From: Eledone cirrhosa
Lineage: Eukaryota
DNA length: 64,000 nucleotides
Direction of reading: 5' to 3'
NCBI GenBank assembly: GCA_964016885.1
Contig: OZ024740.1
Coordinates: forward strand, 191,580,001 to 191,644,000
Shown: positions 26,001 through 40,207 of the stretch, in pieces
Numbering within the stretch: the stretch's first letter is position 1
How the letters are laid out: the number at the start of each line of letters is the position of its first letter
Notes under the pieces: generated by a model
The model's input: only the letters and a program-made list of their open reading frames with translations
What the model was told of the DNA's origin: nothing
Databases searched by the model: none
Position numbers and translations under genes: made by a program

Positions 26001-26737
26001 TTTCTTTACTTAAACCTCGTAACCAAAACCTTAACAATTTTAAACTACTTAATTTTCCATTTCCTAATTTCTTTAATTTTACAATGTTAATATTAAATTT
26101 TAAATTTTTGTAACTTCATCTTATAAATCTAAACAAAAATGTAACGTTCCAATCCTCTGCTTACATATTATAACATTCAGACCCCCACTATATTTACCTC
26201 TGTTATAATATATACCTCTGTTAAGATACGGGTCCCTTAGAATACATTTTTTTCACGCCATTCCTGGCCTGACTTACTTGACATTGGTACGGACTTTTCT
26301 TCCTCTTTTTTCTGTCTTTCTTCTTGTAGCACGACATTAACGCTGACTTTTCCTCTTCCTTTGCTTCCCCCTTCTTTCTGTCTTTTTTGGTGTAGCATGA
26401 TATTAACGCTGACTTATCTTCCTCTCCCTTTCTGTTTTTCTTCTATTTGACCGGGAGTGTAGTAGTACACTATAGGCTTTTCCCCCCTCACCAGATAGCC
26501 TCAAGTAGACCGAATAGCCAGCACTTGACGGCAACCGGCTAAACAGGAAGATGCAAGATGGTCGGTCGTCCTACGGTCTTTCATTTTCAGCCCCATGGAT
26601 TTTATCTATTACATTCATTTATTATATTTCGAATACCTGATGATATCGGATTCATACGGAACCCGGTCATTTAAATGATCATAGTATAATAAACCTTTCA
26701 AGCGTTTACACGAGTCCAGCAACCTGTCATTTTATTA
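23060..26737. repeat. Long inverted repeat: arms 23060-24139 and 25647-26737 (about 1.08 kb each) around a 1.5 kb spacer
   Basis: Direct reverse-complement reading, e.g. taataaaatgaaagg...ggactatatggcggt versus accgccatatagtccc...tcattttatta. Confidence 0.95.
24790..25240. repeat. Tandem duplication of about 230 bp inside the spacer of the inverted repeat
   Basis: ggggagaca...ataagaggagtaaaaaatacatggatatata...aaaacacaggagaaatac occurs twice; ORFs 24662-25015 and 25012-25236 are near-identical paralogues. Confidence 0.9.
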
Positions 26738-26870
26738 TTATATTTAACTCCGTACTAGTACCACCAACTACAAACACGAAAACGTTGAACTGCTTTACGT
26801 TGAGTACACTCCATATTACAATTGACCATATGGAATTGACCAGCTCTATCCAGTGGCGAACCTTCAAACC

Positions 26871-26946
<76 letters not shown>

Positions 26947-26948
<2 letters not shown>

Positions 26949-27932
26949 CCGGTCGATTGTAAAAGCGGGAATATTATAGACGTGTTGTATCCCACGCACC
27001 ATAAAAATAGCAGCAAGGTACAACGCTTCCTTCTCTACACATGGGAGAAAATACATAAAAAAAGATTAATATCCCCACAGGTACTAAGTACCCACGGAAA
27101 TATATAGGGTGTCTATAATACATTTGTTGTTCAGTGGTATTAATTTGAGATACCAGAACTATGAAATTGAGATGAGCGTAACAAGTAAACATTAAACAAT
27201 CTTTGAAATAAATTAAAATACGATTGAAATATTCACTTGTCGACATCAGCTCTTCAGATACGTAGTTCCATTCTATAGGACGTAAAGTCTCCCAGTTTGT
27301 AAATATATCGCATACTGCCATCTAGTATGAGGTCACCCCTTTAAACTTGATTTCCAATCTTTTGTGAAGCGAAAGCGTCGGTAATAGCATTTTGGATAGG
27401 TAAATATTTAAATCGTATTTCGATTTATTTAAAGCATTGTTTAATGTTTACTTGTTCTGCTCATCTCAATTTCATAGTTCTGGAATCTCAAGTTAATACC
27501 ACTCAACAACAAATGTATTATAGACACCCTATATATTTTCGTGGATACTTAATACCTGTGGGGATATTAATCTCATGTTATGTATATTCTCACATGTATA
27601 GAGAAGGAATCGTTGTACCTTGCTGCTATTTTTAGTGGCGTGGCAAACAACACGTCTATAATATTCCCGCTTTTACTATCGACCGGTGTATGTGTGGGTC
27701 ACTTTAACGGCCAGCTCTCATACTATCTGGCAGTAAGCGATATATTTACAAACTGTGAGACTTTGTGTCCTATAGAATGAAGATAGCTATCTTTCCGTTG
27801 TAAATTCTCTGGATTTCCAATCTTTTGTGAAGCGAACCTGTCGGTAATAGCCTTTTGGACAGGTGAATATTTAAATCATATTTTAATTTATATAAAATAT
27901 TGTTTAATGTTTAGTTGTTCCGCTCATCTCAA
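26947..27932. repeat. About 460-bp unit present as a + strand tandem (27350-27932) and as a permuted inverted copy (26947-27335)
   Basis: 26947-27240 is the reverse complement of 27395-27688; 27260-27332 is the reverse complement of 27715-27790; 27350-27470 repeats directly at 27812-27932. Confidence 0.9.
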
Positions 27933-27935
27933 TGT

Positions 27936-27993
<58 letters not shown>

Positions 27994-28066
27994 TCTGTGT
28001 TAAATGGCAGCTATGGTGCTTCCATAGACTCATAAATTGTGTCCAGATGCATCGCTCATTTTTCTT

Positions 28067-28151
<85 letters not shown>

Positions 28152-29279
28152 AATTTATATCTAATAACATTTATATACATACAGATGCATATCAATGCTA
28201 GCAAATATATAGGTTTTGTCTTATTAACAATGTGGTTCAATGCATGGGGTTGCAGAACAATCATATGAGAGACGTAAAATAAGAAAATTATAAAATTAAC
28301 TTACTTACTAAAAAATCACTTCCAACTAATTAGATTCTGGAATGGAGTAAATATATTTTCCGAAGAAACATATCGAAAATCATTCCGTCATCAGGAAAGT
28401 CTTTTTCCGTATAGGTCTCCAGGCATAGCGAGGACACTGGAAACTTATTAAAACAATAATTCAGTGGAATGGAAATAGCAAAGCGTGGACTGGATTCCAA
28501 GCCATTGAGAAAATCCCTGCCTCCTCGTCTGTGGCAAATTCAAAAAGAATCAATCACGTGACATCGAGGTCAATCAGTGGAAAGCGAGTAGTTATTAAGA
28601 CAGCGGCCAGCTTACTGCCATAGTAGCAGTCATGGCCAAATATTGCTCGACAAATGAATTGGAGATAATTATAGGGAATTTATATCTAGTAACATTTATA
28701 TACACACAGATGCATATCAATGCTAGCAAATATATAGGTTTTGTCTTATTAACAATGCGGTTCAATGCATGGGGTTGCAGAACAATAATATGAGAGACGT
28801 AAAATAAGAAAATTATAAAATTAACTTACTTACTAAAAAAATACTTCCAACTAATTAGATCTGGAATGGAGTAAATATATTTTCCGAAGAAACATATCGA
28901 AAATCATTCCGTCATCAGGAAAGTCTTTTTCCGTATAGGTCTCCAGGCATAGCGAGGACACTGGAAAATTATTTAAAAAATAATTCAGTTGAATGGAAAT
29001 AGCGATGCGTGGACTGGATTCCAAACCATTGAGAAAATCACTGCCTCCTACGTCTGTGGCTAATTCAAAAAGAATCAATCACGTGACATCGAGGTCAATC
29101 AGTGGAAAGCGAGTAGTTATTAAGACAGCGGTCAACTTACTACCATAGTAGCAGTCATGGCCAAATATTGCTCAACAAATGAATTCGAGATAATTATAAG
29201 GAATTTATATCTAGTAACATCTATATACACACAGATGCATATCAATGCTAGCAAATATATAGGTTTTGTCTAATTAACA

Positions 29280-29335
<56 letters not shown>

Positions 29336-29393
29336 GTATATATAAAATCTTGGTTGGTTTTTTCAATAAACAAATATCATTATTTCTGAAGAC

Positions 29394-29490
29394 AGGTTAA
29401 CTTTCCCTTTCATCCTTATAGGGTCGATAAAATAAATTACCAGTAATACACTGGGTAATTGCTGGCCTTGTGCCAAAAGTAGAAACAATT
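29394..29490 (+). mobile_element. 3' half of the tRNA-derived SINE
   Basis: aggttaactttccctttcatcc...gtcgataaaataaattaccagtaatacactgg...gtagaaacaatt matches 22090-22190. Confidence 0.8.
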
Positions 29491-29819
29491 ATTTCTGTAG
29501 ACAGCATATATATGTGTAGGTATGTATATTCCCTCTGATAGTTTGTAAAAAATGTACATAGATCTATATGATATACATACCAACACACACATATATATCC
29601 TAGAAACGATCGTAAAATGATGATTTTTTTAATATAAGGAACTGTCTCTTTGTTTTTCTTCATTATTTTTATTAATTTATCTTGAATCTATTTTCCTGTG
29701 GTTTTCATCGAAAAAATGTTGAATAAATCTTCTCTTTTCATGATATTTGGATTACATATAATATTTGTTTAATAAGTTTCCAGTGTCCTCGCTATGCCTG
29801 GAGACCTATACGGAAAAAG

Positions 29820-29902
29820 ACTTTCCTGATGACGGAATGATTTTCGTTGTGTTTCTTCGGAAAATATATTTACTCCATTCCAGAAACTAATTAGTTGGAA
29901 GT
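29820..29902 (+). ncRNA. Minimal type I hammerhead ribozyme motif (copy 1)
   Basis: actttc-CTGATGA-c-GGAATG...CATTCC-a-GAAAC-TAATTA-GTT-ggaagt: stem I actttc/ggaagt, stem II ggaatg/cattcc, and a minimal stem III with palindromic AACTAATTAGTT. Caveats: C.A mismatch at the base of stem II and a GUU cleavage triplet. Confidence 0.7.
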
Positions 29903-30344
29903 GATTTTTTAGTAAGTAAGTTCATTTTATAATTTTCTTAGTTTACGTCTCTCATATTATTGTTCTGCAACCCCATGCATTGAACCACATTGTTAATAAG
30001 ACAAAACCTATATATTTGCTAGCATTGATATGCATCTGTGTGTATATAGATGTTACTAGATATAAATTCCTTATAATTATCTCCAATTCATTTGTCGAGC
30101 AATATTTGGCCATGACTGCTACTATGGCAGTAAGCTGGCCGCTGTCTTAATAACTACTCGCTTTCCACTAATTGACCTCGATGTCACGTGATTGATTCTT
30201 TTTGAATTTGCCACAGACGAGGAGACAGGGATTTTCTCAATGGCTTGGAATCCAGTCCGCGCTTTGCTATTTCCATTCCACTGAATTATTTTTTTAATAA
30301 GTTTCCAGTGTCCTCGCTATGCCTGGAGACCTATACGGAAAAAG

Positions 30345-30427
30345 ACTTTCCTGATGACGGAATGATTTCCGATATGTTTCTTCGGAAAATATATTTACTC
30401 CATTCCAGAAACTAATTAGTTGGAAGT
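30345..30427 (+). ncRNA. Minimal type I hammerhead ribozyme motif (copy 2, 525 nt downstream)
   Basis: Same core (CTGATGA 30351-30357, GAAAC 30408-30412); the stem II loop holds an extra hairpin tttccga/tcggaaa. Confidence 0.7.
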
Positions 30428-30475
30428 GATTTTTTAGTAAGTAAACTAATTTTATAATTTTCTTATTTTACGTCA

Positions 30476-30692
<217 letters not shown>

Positions 30693-31201
30693 ATACTTCG
30701 GAAGGATCAAATTCTTGTAATAATATTACTAGAATTAATAGCAGAACACACTCACTGTTTGGTTGGTTTTAGCTTCTGTATCTTTCATATCAGTTAATTC
30801 ATTCAGTCCTCAATGTTTACCATTGCCGGACCAAAGGTCGAAAATACAGATATATTATAGATGTATACACATATATATAGTATAACAAACTTCTTTCGTT
30901 GCACATCTGCAACATCGTCAGTGGTGATATTATGTTCCTCCTGTTGTATTGCATATCTACGCCATCTTTATTGATTCTGTTTATTTATTTGTTTATTTAT
31001 TTTTGTCTTCTCCGCGTATGCGTTTGTGTGTTTGTATAGTGTTTCGTGTGTGTCAGTCTTTGGGTGACTGTTTTGATCATTGTACTCTATCTTAGTTTAC
31101 TAGTGTGTGCTTATATGTGTTTGCTGTTATTATGCTTGTGTATATATATATATATTTATTTATATATATATACACACATATATATATATATATATATACA
31201 C

Positions 31202-31283
<82 letters not shown>

Positions 31284-31505
31284 AATATACGGTGGCCGCC
31301 ACGCGTTTTCGAGTACGGCCACTACTTTATATCCACGTAGGAGAACCCCTACAGATGTGCTGAACGAGTGTGACATTTTAGTCCAGCCAGCGACTTGAAA
31401 ACTCTGGTACAAACACTACACTTGTGACAATTATTGACACATAGTGCTGGGTCCATATATGTGTATATATATATATATCTATATATATATATATATATGT
31501 ATATC

Positions 31506-31537
<32 letters not shown>

Positions 31538-31577
31538 CGTATATATAAATATATAAATATATATATATATATATATG

Positions 31578-31612
<35 letters not shown>

Positions 31613-32073
31613 CATACCATAATATGCATGTATGAACAGTTTCAGGATCCCAATGTCTGAGCTACATCTTCAGTGTGTATTTATATACATACATATATGT
31701 CCGTGCCAGCGTGGGAAAGGGGATGTTAAATAATGATGATGATAATGATTATGACATATCATTATCATCATCATCATCGATTATCGTCTATCTTCCAAGC
31801 TAGTATGTGTTAGACAGGTCCCATTTAGATGAAAGTTGGGTATGGGTAACACTATTTAGCTCATATAGGGTTGTTTCTGGCTGATTTTCTATGGCTGGAT
31901 GCCCTTCGTAACGCCGACCACAATGACAGTGTTTGCTACGTGCTTTTTACCATGTCTTTTACACGTACAATCTGTAGTGCAGTCTGGATGCATTTTGCGT
32001 ATATTTTACATGTCCAGATAACATATATTAATTATTGCATATAATAACAACAACAAGAACAACAACAAAAACA

Positions 32074-32245
32074 CTTTTTGGAACACTTCAAAAGGCATGT
32101 TTGCTTGGAACAGCAATAACCCTCCGATACGCCTGAATATCTGAGGCTGCAGGTAGTGACTTGATATTCATTTCAACAAACTTTCCAGTTAACTAACATT
32201 AATGACTGAGACTCAAAGAACAATAATTATAATAATAATAATAAT
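32074..32245 (+). mobile_element. 5'-truncated 3' end of Dong/R4 family B with (TAA)n tail
   Basis: Aligns with 13503-13690 (ctttttggaacacttcaaa...aatgactgagactcaaagaa + taa repeats). Confidence 0.85.
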
Positions 32246-32696
32246 AGAAGGTCATACAATCGCTCCGTAAGTTTTTGAATTTTAACATATTTAAAACAAT
32301 TGTGATATAACAATTCTTAGTGCAAATGATACATAAAGCACCAGACTCACTCTCAGAAAATTCGGATCCATAATATCCTGTTATATCGCTCAAATATTCA
32401 ATGGTGTATTATAAATGTTATATTCAAAAAAGGAAATAGTCATAAATGGAAGAAAACCCCTTCAGTCTACACTATATAATACAGCCAAATAACAGCAATT
32501 TCACCAACACCACAAACTAGATACACCCCCTATCCCATCACCCCTATGTGTACACTAAATACAACAGCCAGATAACGGCAATGTCACCACCACCACCACC
32601 AATCCCAGCAAAATAATAATCATTACTATTATTGAATGTCAAATTTTCTCAAAATGCTTATTTCAAATATTAAGGTTATATGTCAACACATATATT

Positions 32697-35600
32697 AAAC
32701 ATACGCGACAAACCGCATGGATACACATATCAAACAAACGCATACTACTACATTCTATTCAACAAAACTCAATTACGACCACGCTATCACTATAGTCAAC
32801 GACGCCACCACTCCATCCATCTTTGCTACCACTATCCCATCATCGCCGCCACCACTCCTTCATTGCTACCACCACTATTCCCCCGTTACCTTCTGTTAAC
32901 TTAAGAAAGGGGAAGGTGTCGGTTACACTAGACAAGGAAGAGGCTAGCAAAAGATATAAATAGATTGACTTAGTGACTCGGTCAAGCGTCAACGACTATG
33001 GCACTGCTAGCCCCCCCCCCCCTTCCCCACCGACAATAGAACAAGCCCCAGCACCACCACCGACATAGCCAACAACAATAACAGGCAACTTCAGCAAAAA
33101 GTATATTATATTATTAATAATAATTTCATTCTTAAGCCACGCAGTGCTCACATTAAGGAACCACACATGATAACAATTTAAAAAACAACAAAAATAAAAC
33201 CCCGTGTCCAAGAAATACAGGGATGGCGGCCGGCGGAGAGTAGCCGTGTTTCTAGGGGAGGACGACCCCTTTAGTCTTGGATGACACTCGTCCTAGAAGT
33301 GGTAACACGAAATGATTTCCCATTGGCGGTTAAGTATAAAACGCAACAAAATAAAGTAAATGTCAAATGATAAAATCTCATAACAGATGGGCCATTACGC
33401 GGGTCAAAAAGGGCCTTGTCCCTCAGAGGGGAACCAGACTGGGGTCGAAAAATCAGCTAATGGTTCAAACCTTCCCATTACTTCGGAGCTGGAGACCTCC
33501 CATAACCTGAATACTCCTACTGTTGACCGTCCATGCTCACCACCAAGTAATCCAAAGAAAAATAGAGGAAAATGGTCAAGGGAAGATAATAAAGAAGTCC
33601 TTGAGGCTTTCTACACTGCTATGTACTCCCCATCAAATAGCTGGAATACAAAACATACATATATCAACTGGAAAAAGAAACAAACCGAAAACAGAGGCTA
33701 TATTGACAGTAACAAACTAACCAATATACGAAGAAATATTTTCAAAAAAAAGTTACTAACTGATATACAAATTGATCAGATCAAGCTATTAGCACAAAGT
33801 CAGCGAAGGGTAAATGAAACATGTGTCGGTGAAAACGAGGTAAATTGTAACACTTCGAATCCCAGGGTTGGGGCGGAATCACTGACAACAGAACAAATTA
33901 AAGAAAGGATCGAAAAGTGGAAGGAGTGCACGCTCAATATGACACTCAAAATGAAACCAATGAAATCGTAAATGATAAAGAAATGAATGAGAATGAACTT
34001 GCCAACTTGAAGGATGAAATTATGATCGAATGGATGAAAATGAGAGAATCTGACAAGTGGGAACGATACACCCTACCTAAGATCCAGAACTCCAAACAGA
34101 ACCAAAAGATAATACACAAGACTTACATAATTCTCAAAAATATTATCATCACACACAAACTAAACATTACTGATTTAAATCATCTCTATTATGCATCGGC
34201 TAAAGTCACGACTCACTTATGTGGAGTGAAAATGAAAAAACAAAGAAACTCCCACAAGAAATCTACTTGGCAGGAGAACATCAAGCGCCAAATAAACCTT
34301 GTCCGATCTGACATAGAAATTTCGACAAACTACAAAGTAGGTGAACATGTTAAACAAACTAAACTTAGAAAAGGGAAAAGAAAATATAGTATAACATCAA
34401 CAAATGACAGAGACATACTGATAGAAATAATCAAGCAAAAAGTGTCGGCCATAGCTGCTCGTATAGGGCTCTTTGAAAAACGATCTAGATTCTATGAGGA
34501 CAATAATATGTTCAAAAACAACCAAATAAATTTCTACAGAAAAATTGGCAAGTCTACAATATCTACTAAATCAATACCACCCAAGGAGGAAGTGCAAGAA
34601 TTCTGGGAAAACATATGGGTCGAAGAAAAAGTTCATAATATACATGCCCCATGGATAGTCAGACAAATGAAAGATACAGCTCACCTTGAGGAACAAATAT
34701 GGGAACATATAACAGTTGAACAGATGTGTTTAGCTCTTAGAAAAACCAGCAAATGGAAATCCCCAGGAAAAGACAAAATACCAAACTTTTGGATAAATGA
34801 CTTCACAGAGTCTCATGAGCTGTTAGCCCAACTTTACAATGAAATAGTTAAGGAGCCAGAAAAAGATACCATCATGGCTAGTTAACGGCATGACATTCCT
34901 TCTCCCGAAGAATGATGAGACAAACAATCCCAAAAATTACACACCGTTAACTTGCTTGACCACAATGTAAACAATTTTAACATCAGTCCTAACTCAATAT
35001 ACATATGACCACCTGATAACAAATGACCTATTTCCCAATGATCAAAAAGGGTGTAAACGAGGCTCATATGGCTGTAATGATCAGCTTTTGGTTGAAATGA
35101 TACTGGAAGATTATCATAATAGACACAAAAATCTATCAATTGATTGAAGAGATTTTAAAAAAAGCATTCGATAGTTTGCTATACATTTGGATTGAAAAAT
35201 GTTTAGAGATTTTTAAAATATCTCCCGTTGTCAGGAGGTTCTTGTCATTCAGTATGAAGACATGGAAAACGACACTCCTTTTGAATAGTGAAACAAAATC
35301 ACTGGAAGCTGGAGAGGTTAATATTAATTGTGGAAGATTTCAGGGTTTTATTCTGTTAAGTAAAATGCTCAACGAAACAAAACATGGATATAAAGTCTAT
35401 GACAAAACCATTAATCACTTATTCTACATGGATGACCTGAAACTATTTGCAAAAAATGATGAACAATTGCATGGGCTATTATCCACTGTGGAGCAGTTCA
35501 GTGATGACATTAGAATGTAGTTTGGACTAGATAAATGCGCCAAAGCAACGTTCACCAGAAGAAAGCTGCTGAAAATTTCAGACATTAATCTTGATCGGAG

Positions 35601-36460
35601 GGATGTGATAAAAGAACTTGATCGAGAGGAAACTTACAAATATCTAGGTGTTTGTGAAGGAGATGGAAACAAACACTCGACAGTGAGGGAAAGGATGAGG
35701 AAGAAATGTTACCGCAGAGTAAAAGCAATCTTAAGAACGGAATTGAATGCAAGGAATAGGATCGATGCTATAAACACGCTTGCCATACCAGTAGTAACGT
35801 ACAGTTACAATGTCATCAACTGGTCAAGCACAGAGATATGTATGCTCGATACAAAAATTAGAAAATTCTTAACCATGCACAGAATGCATCACCCTAATGC
35901 AGATACAGATAGAATATATCTCACTAGGAAAGACGGAGGACGTGGGTTAATCCAGTTAGATATTGCGTTGAAACTGCAACAATTGGATTATCTATGACAA
36001 AGATACAGTAATGGACTACAAATTTCAGAAGTCCCATTTACTGCTGAAATAGAAAACACAGAAAAAGAAAAGCAGGTAAAAGTAACTGCAAAGAAAGAAT
36101 TGCTACAGAAAATGGCTAAGAAATGGCAAGAAAAGCCTCTGTATGGAAAATACCCAGAAAGAGCTAACAATCCTCATGTTGACAAAAGTTTAACCCATCA
36201 GTGTTTAGCATCATTTGGCCTGAAATCGGAGACTGAAGGACTGATTATATCAGCACAAGATCAGTGTCTGCAAACCAAAAATTCCCAAGCCAACATAATA
36301 AAAAATGGATGCAACCCATTATGCCGTGTATGTAAAATACAACCAGATACCATTGATCATATCATTACAATGTGTAGTCCTATAGCTCCAACCGAATACC
36401 TAAACAGGCATGGCAGAGCTATACAATACATGCATTGGATAATGTGTAAGCATTTTGACC
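32697..36460 (+). mobile_element. Dong/R4 family A copy 2, decayed and 3'-truncated
   Basis: ORFs 33387-36573 are collinear with copy 1 (KWSREDNKEVLEAFY, KWKSPGKDKIPNFW, INHLFYMDDLKLF, YKYLG, CRVC..PDTIDHII); truncated before the RLE domain. Confidence 0.92.
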
Positions 36461-36630
36461 TGGGACTTCTGAAATTTGTAGTCCATTACTGTATCTTTGT
36501 CATAGATAATCCAATTGTTGCAGTTTCAACGCAATATCTAACTGGATTAACCCACGTCCTCCGTCTTTCCTAGTGAGATATATTCTATCTGTATCTGCAT
36601 TAGGGTGATGCATTCTGTGCATGGTTAAGA
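36461..36630 (-). repeat. Local inverted duplication of about 35867-36036
   Basis: Reverse complement matches the internal segment of copy 2; the ORF track shows the identical peptide LTMHRMHHPNADTDRIYLTRKDGGRGLIQLDIALKLQQLDYL on both strands. Confidence 0.92.
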
Positions 36631-36780
36631 GAGGTATCTTCCAGAGAGACAGTTTGTCTTTTCCCTGATACCCCTGTCCGTTATATTGTGAAAAGTGAGA
36701 GCAGGATACAAGTTGAGAAAAGGAGAGCTTACCATCAACCACCTCATCTTCATGGACGATCATAATAATAATAATAATAA
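36631..36780 (+). mobile_element. Short Dong/R4 family B RT fragment followed by (TAA)n
   Basis: ttccagagagacagtttgtc...accatcaaccacctcatcttcatggacgat aligns with 18880-19015. Confidence 0.7.
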
Positions 36781-38054
36781 ATAGGATTAAGGGTTAGGTA
36801 TTCAATACGTTTATTGATGTGTGATGTGCGTTCCGCGATTGATCAGTTCATGGCTCGATTTGTATCAATCTGGCGGGACTGTGGAACCAAAAGCTCTTGT
36901 TATCTCTATATATATATTTAACATTTAGCTTTGTCCTAGTCATATATGTATATGAATTTCAGATATCTAAATAGTTATGGTACATTTAATAATTAAACAT
37001 ATGTAGTATGATGACGGCAGGCGCCATCAATTGGAGTCCAGCAGAAACTGTGGGGGATAATTATATATGCATTTCGAACTCTCGTCCTCACCAGGACAAT
37101 ATTCCCCCTGCTTATTACTTGAATTCAAGACAGGCGACAATATATAGTTTTGTAAATTCCCTCCCACATTCTCCACATTCATTACTCTCTCATGATATCT
37201 TTCCCAAGCTTTAATATAATATATGGATGCACAAGAGATAAAATGAGATTAAAGGCAGGTTACTAAAGAATAGTATGCACAGCAGAAATAAGCACAAATA
37301 GTACATGTGAAATATATACACCCAGTAGCCAGTGAAACTCGTTAGTAGTTATTGACAGCTTTTGTTAACTACATGACCTAATCATCAATGGAGTAGGAGT
37401 GTGTGAATATGTATTAACCAGTGTAAGATTAGGCTGGAATAAGTTTGTGAAGCTGGCATATCTGGTGACAAGAAAGAAGTGTACATCTAGGCTGTTCAAT
37501 TCCTGCATCAAACTGCAATGCTATATTCCAGTGGAACAAGGGATTTAACGATATGTAACATTACTGCGCATGGAAAATATAGTATATGCGACCTGAGTGG
37601 ACAACTTGGCATAATAATAAATGAATGTAGTGTGTAAGTGAGATAACTATGTTAGTATGGTCATGTGATGCAGCTATTTAAAGAAATGCAGAGAAATAGT
37701 CATGGCTGGGAACTGAGTAATAGGGTTTCATGGAACGAATCACGATAAGGTAATGGAGACAAATAGGAAAAATGTGAACGAACTGCTGCAACATACTGCT
37801 CTTAATAATACCACCCTAACAAAATGTAATGAGGCCTGCCACTTTGAAGAGCCCACCTAGACACTAGCACTCTTTAATAGCTGTCCACACTATGCGCATT
37901 CCCTAACAACTATCATCTTAACTGTACACATTAATACATCCATGACTCATACTATCTCACAACTCAAGACTTGGGTATATATTTATATATATATATATAT
38001 ATTTCTTAGCCTACAACTGTTCATCATAGTTCTAAAACCAAAACAGAGGCGTTT

Positions 38055-38950
38055 AAAATAGGCTCCCCATGGAACTTCGATATGCAGATGATTTGGTCCT
38101 TGTAAGTGAAATCAAAAGAGCACTAGAAATAGATTCTGATTATGGAAACCTGAGAATAACCTTAGCCAGATCTAAAGTGCTAGTTATTAGGAAAGAAGAT
38201 AGGACCCAGATTCCTGCAGGGAAGTGGCCCTGCTCAATATGTTGAAAAGGAGAGGGCATGTATACTCCATAAGATATAGTAGGATAAGGAGTAGACAAAT
38301 CGGAAGGGAAAACTTTGCATGCAGATGATGCACACGATAAATCGAAAGTAAGATTACTAATGATGTAAACATTTTCCCAAATACAGGAAGGGTCTGTATA
38401 TGGGGCTGAGAGCTTCTGCTTTCTAGATGACTTAATTAACAGTGTATTAGGGTGTGCTGAGATTATAATAAGGATAAGATGGGAGAAGTTCAGATAGCTA
38501 CTTCTAATATTGAAAACAAAATGTTTCAACATATGTACAAACTTATGGCTGTATGATGCCTGTGTGTGATGTACGATGCAGTATGATAATGAAACATGGG
38601 CTGTTATTACAGAGAACATGCGTAGACTGGAGACAAATGACCCAACAATACTTTGTTGGATGTGCAATATAAGCATGAGACAAAGGCAGAGCTGGGGCAA
38701 GCTGTGGAAGTGGCTATATTTAAAAGAGGTGGTGTGCAGTAGAAAAGACTGTGTTGGTATGGACATGAAATGCAAATGGACGATAACCACTAGGGGGAGA
38801 AATGGTAAACAACCTCAGTGGAAGGGAGTTATAGGAGACGAAGGCCAAGAAAGATTATGGCAGATATTGTGAGAGCTGATATCAAATCACTACGCCTGGC
38901 AGAGGTAATGACAAATGAACGTGACAAGTGGAGGGATGCGATGCTGGGAG
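38055..38950 (+). mobile_element. Decayed RTE-clade LINE 3' half
   Basis: Broken frames resembling PWELxYADDLVL, ESFCFLDDL, RIRWEKFR and MQYDNETWAVITENMRRLETNDPTILCWMCN; a related, more eroded piece lies at about 37340-37760. Confidence 0.75.
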
Positions 38951-39231
38951 AGACAGAGAGATAAAGAGAGAGAAAGAGTGGGAGACAGAGAGTGGATTAA
39001 TACACCATTATTATGGTGCGTCAAGCTTGATGCATTATTAACATTGACAGCATACAGGAATCCAAGTCAAGGTGGTTTAAAATATTGGTAGAAGAAGACA
39101 GTGAAATACTGCAATGCATAAATAATGAATGCAAAAGGAAACCAATATTGCTAATCAAATTGCTTGTTTAATTTTTACAATTGTGAAATAAAAGATGGAA
39201 TGTCATTAACAACCATGGGTTTCCCCTTGCA

Positions 39232-39321
<90 letters not shown>

Positions 39322-39799
39322 CCTTGTCACCGTCTTCCTCATCATCATCACCGTTAATTGATTATTTTCCATGCTGGCATACACATATATATATATATAT
39401 ATAAGTATATACTTAACGATATGTATATATAATGGTATGTTTTGGGAGGGTCGTGCTGCCAATATAAACATAGGCACCCGTTGATTTTCTCTTAAATATA
39501 TTATAAACTCCCAGTCAGTTAGTTTAATAAAATAATGATTGTTTTGAGCTTGATGATCAAAGATCTGTTAGCACACGTCATGTGAGACAACATTTGTTAT
39601 TTTGTGTCGCTCATTTGTTCTGTCCTACACCATCATGTTTTCATGAACTATGTACTTCGGCTGTGCATGTGATGTATCTAGGTTTGTGTATTTGTGTGTG
39701 TACGTGTGTCTCTGTGTGTGTGTGTGTCTTGTTTGTTTTATTAGTTTAAAGAAAACACATCACCCAATTTATGAAAGTGATGGAAAGATTTATAAACCA

Positions 39800-39960
39800 T
39801 CAAATTAGAGAAAGTTTCAAATTGGACAAGTTGCAGTTTTCTTTCAAGCTTGCAAAAGTGCTATGAATACCTTATTTTTAGTGAGACAACTACGAGCGAA
39901 GTTCTTAGCCAAAAATAAGCAACTCTACCTAGCTTTCGTTTCTCTTGAAAAACGGTTTCG
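39800..39960 (+). mobile_element. RTE-clade RT fragment
   Basis: Reads TLFLVRQLRAKFLAKNKQLYLAFVSLEKRF, matching the RTE motif AIF..RQL.EK......LY.AFVDLEKAF. Confidence 0.7.
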
Positions 39961-40171
39961 GAGTTATTGCTCCTATTGTCGACTATTTTCTCTCTGCTAA
40001 TACTAGAACTAAAGGATGATGTCAGTCATCTAGAACATACACATGGTGTTATAGGCTGTTTCTTGCAAACGAACCGAATATTAATGATATTATTATAATA
40101 TTGTTATTCACTCACAAATAAACACACGCACATACATATATACATATACATACATACTTACAGACCCATGC

Positions 40172-40207
<36 letters not shown>

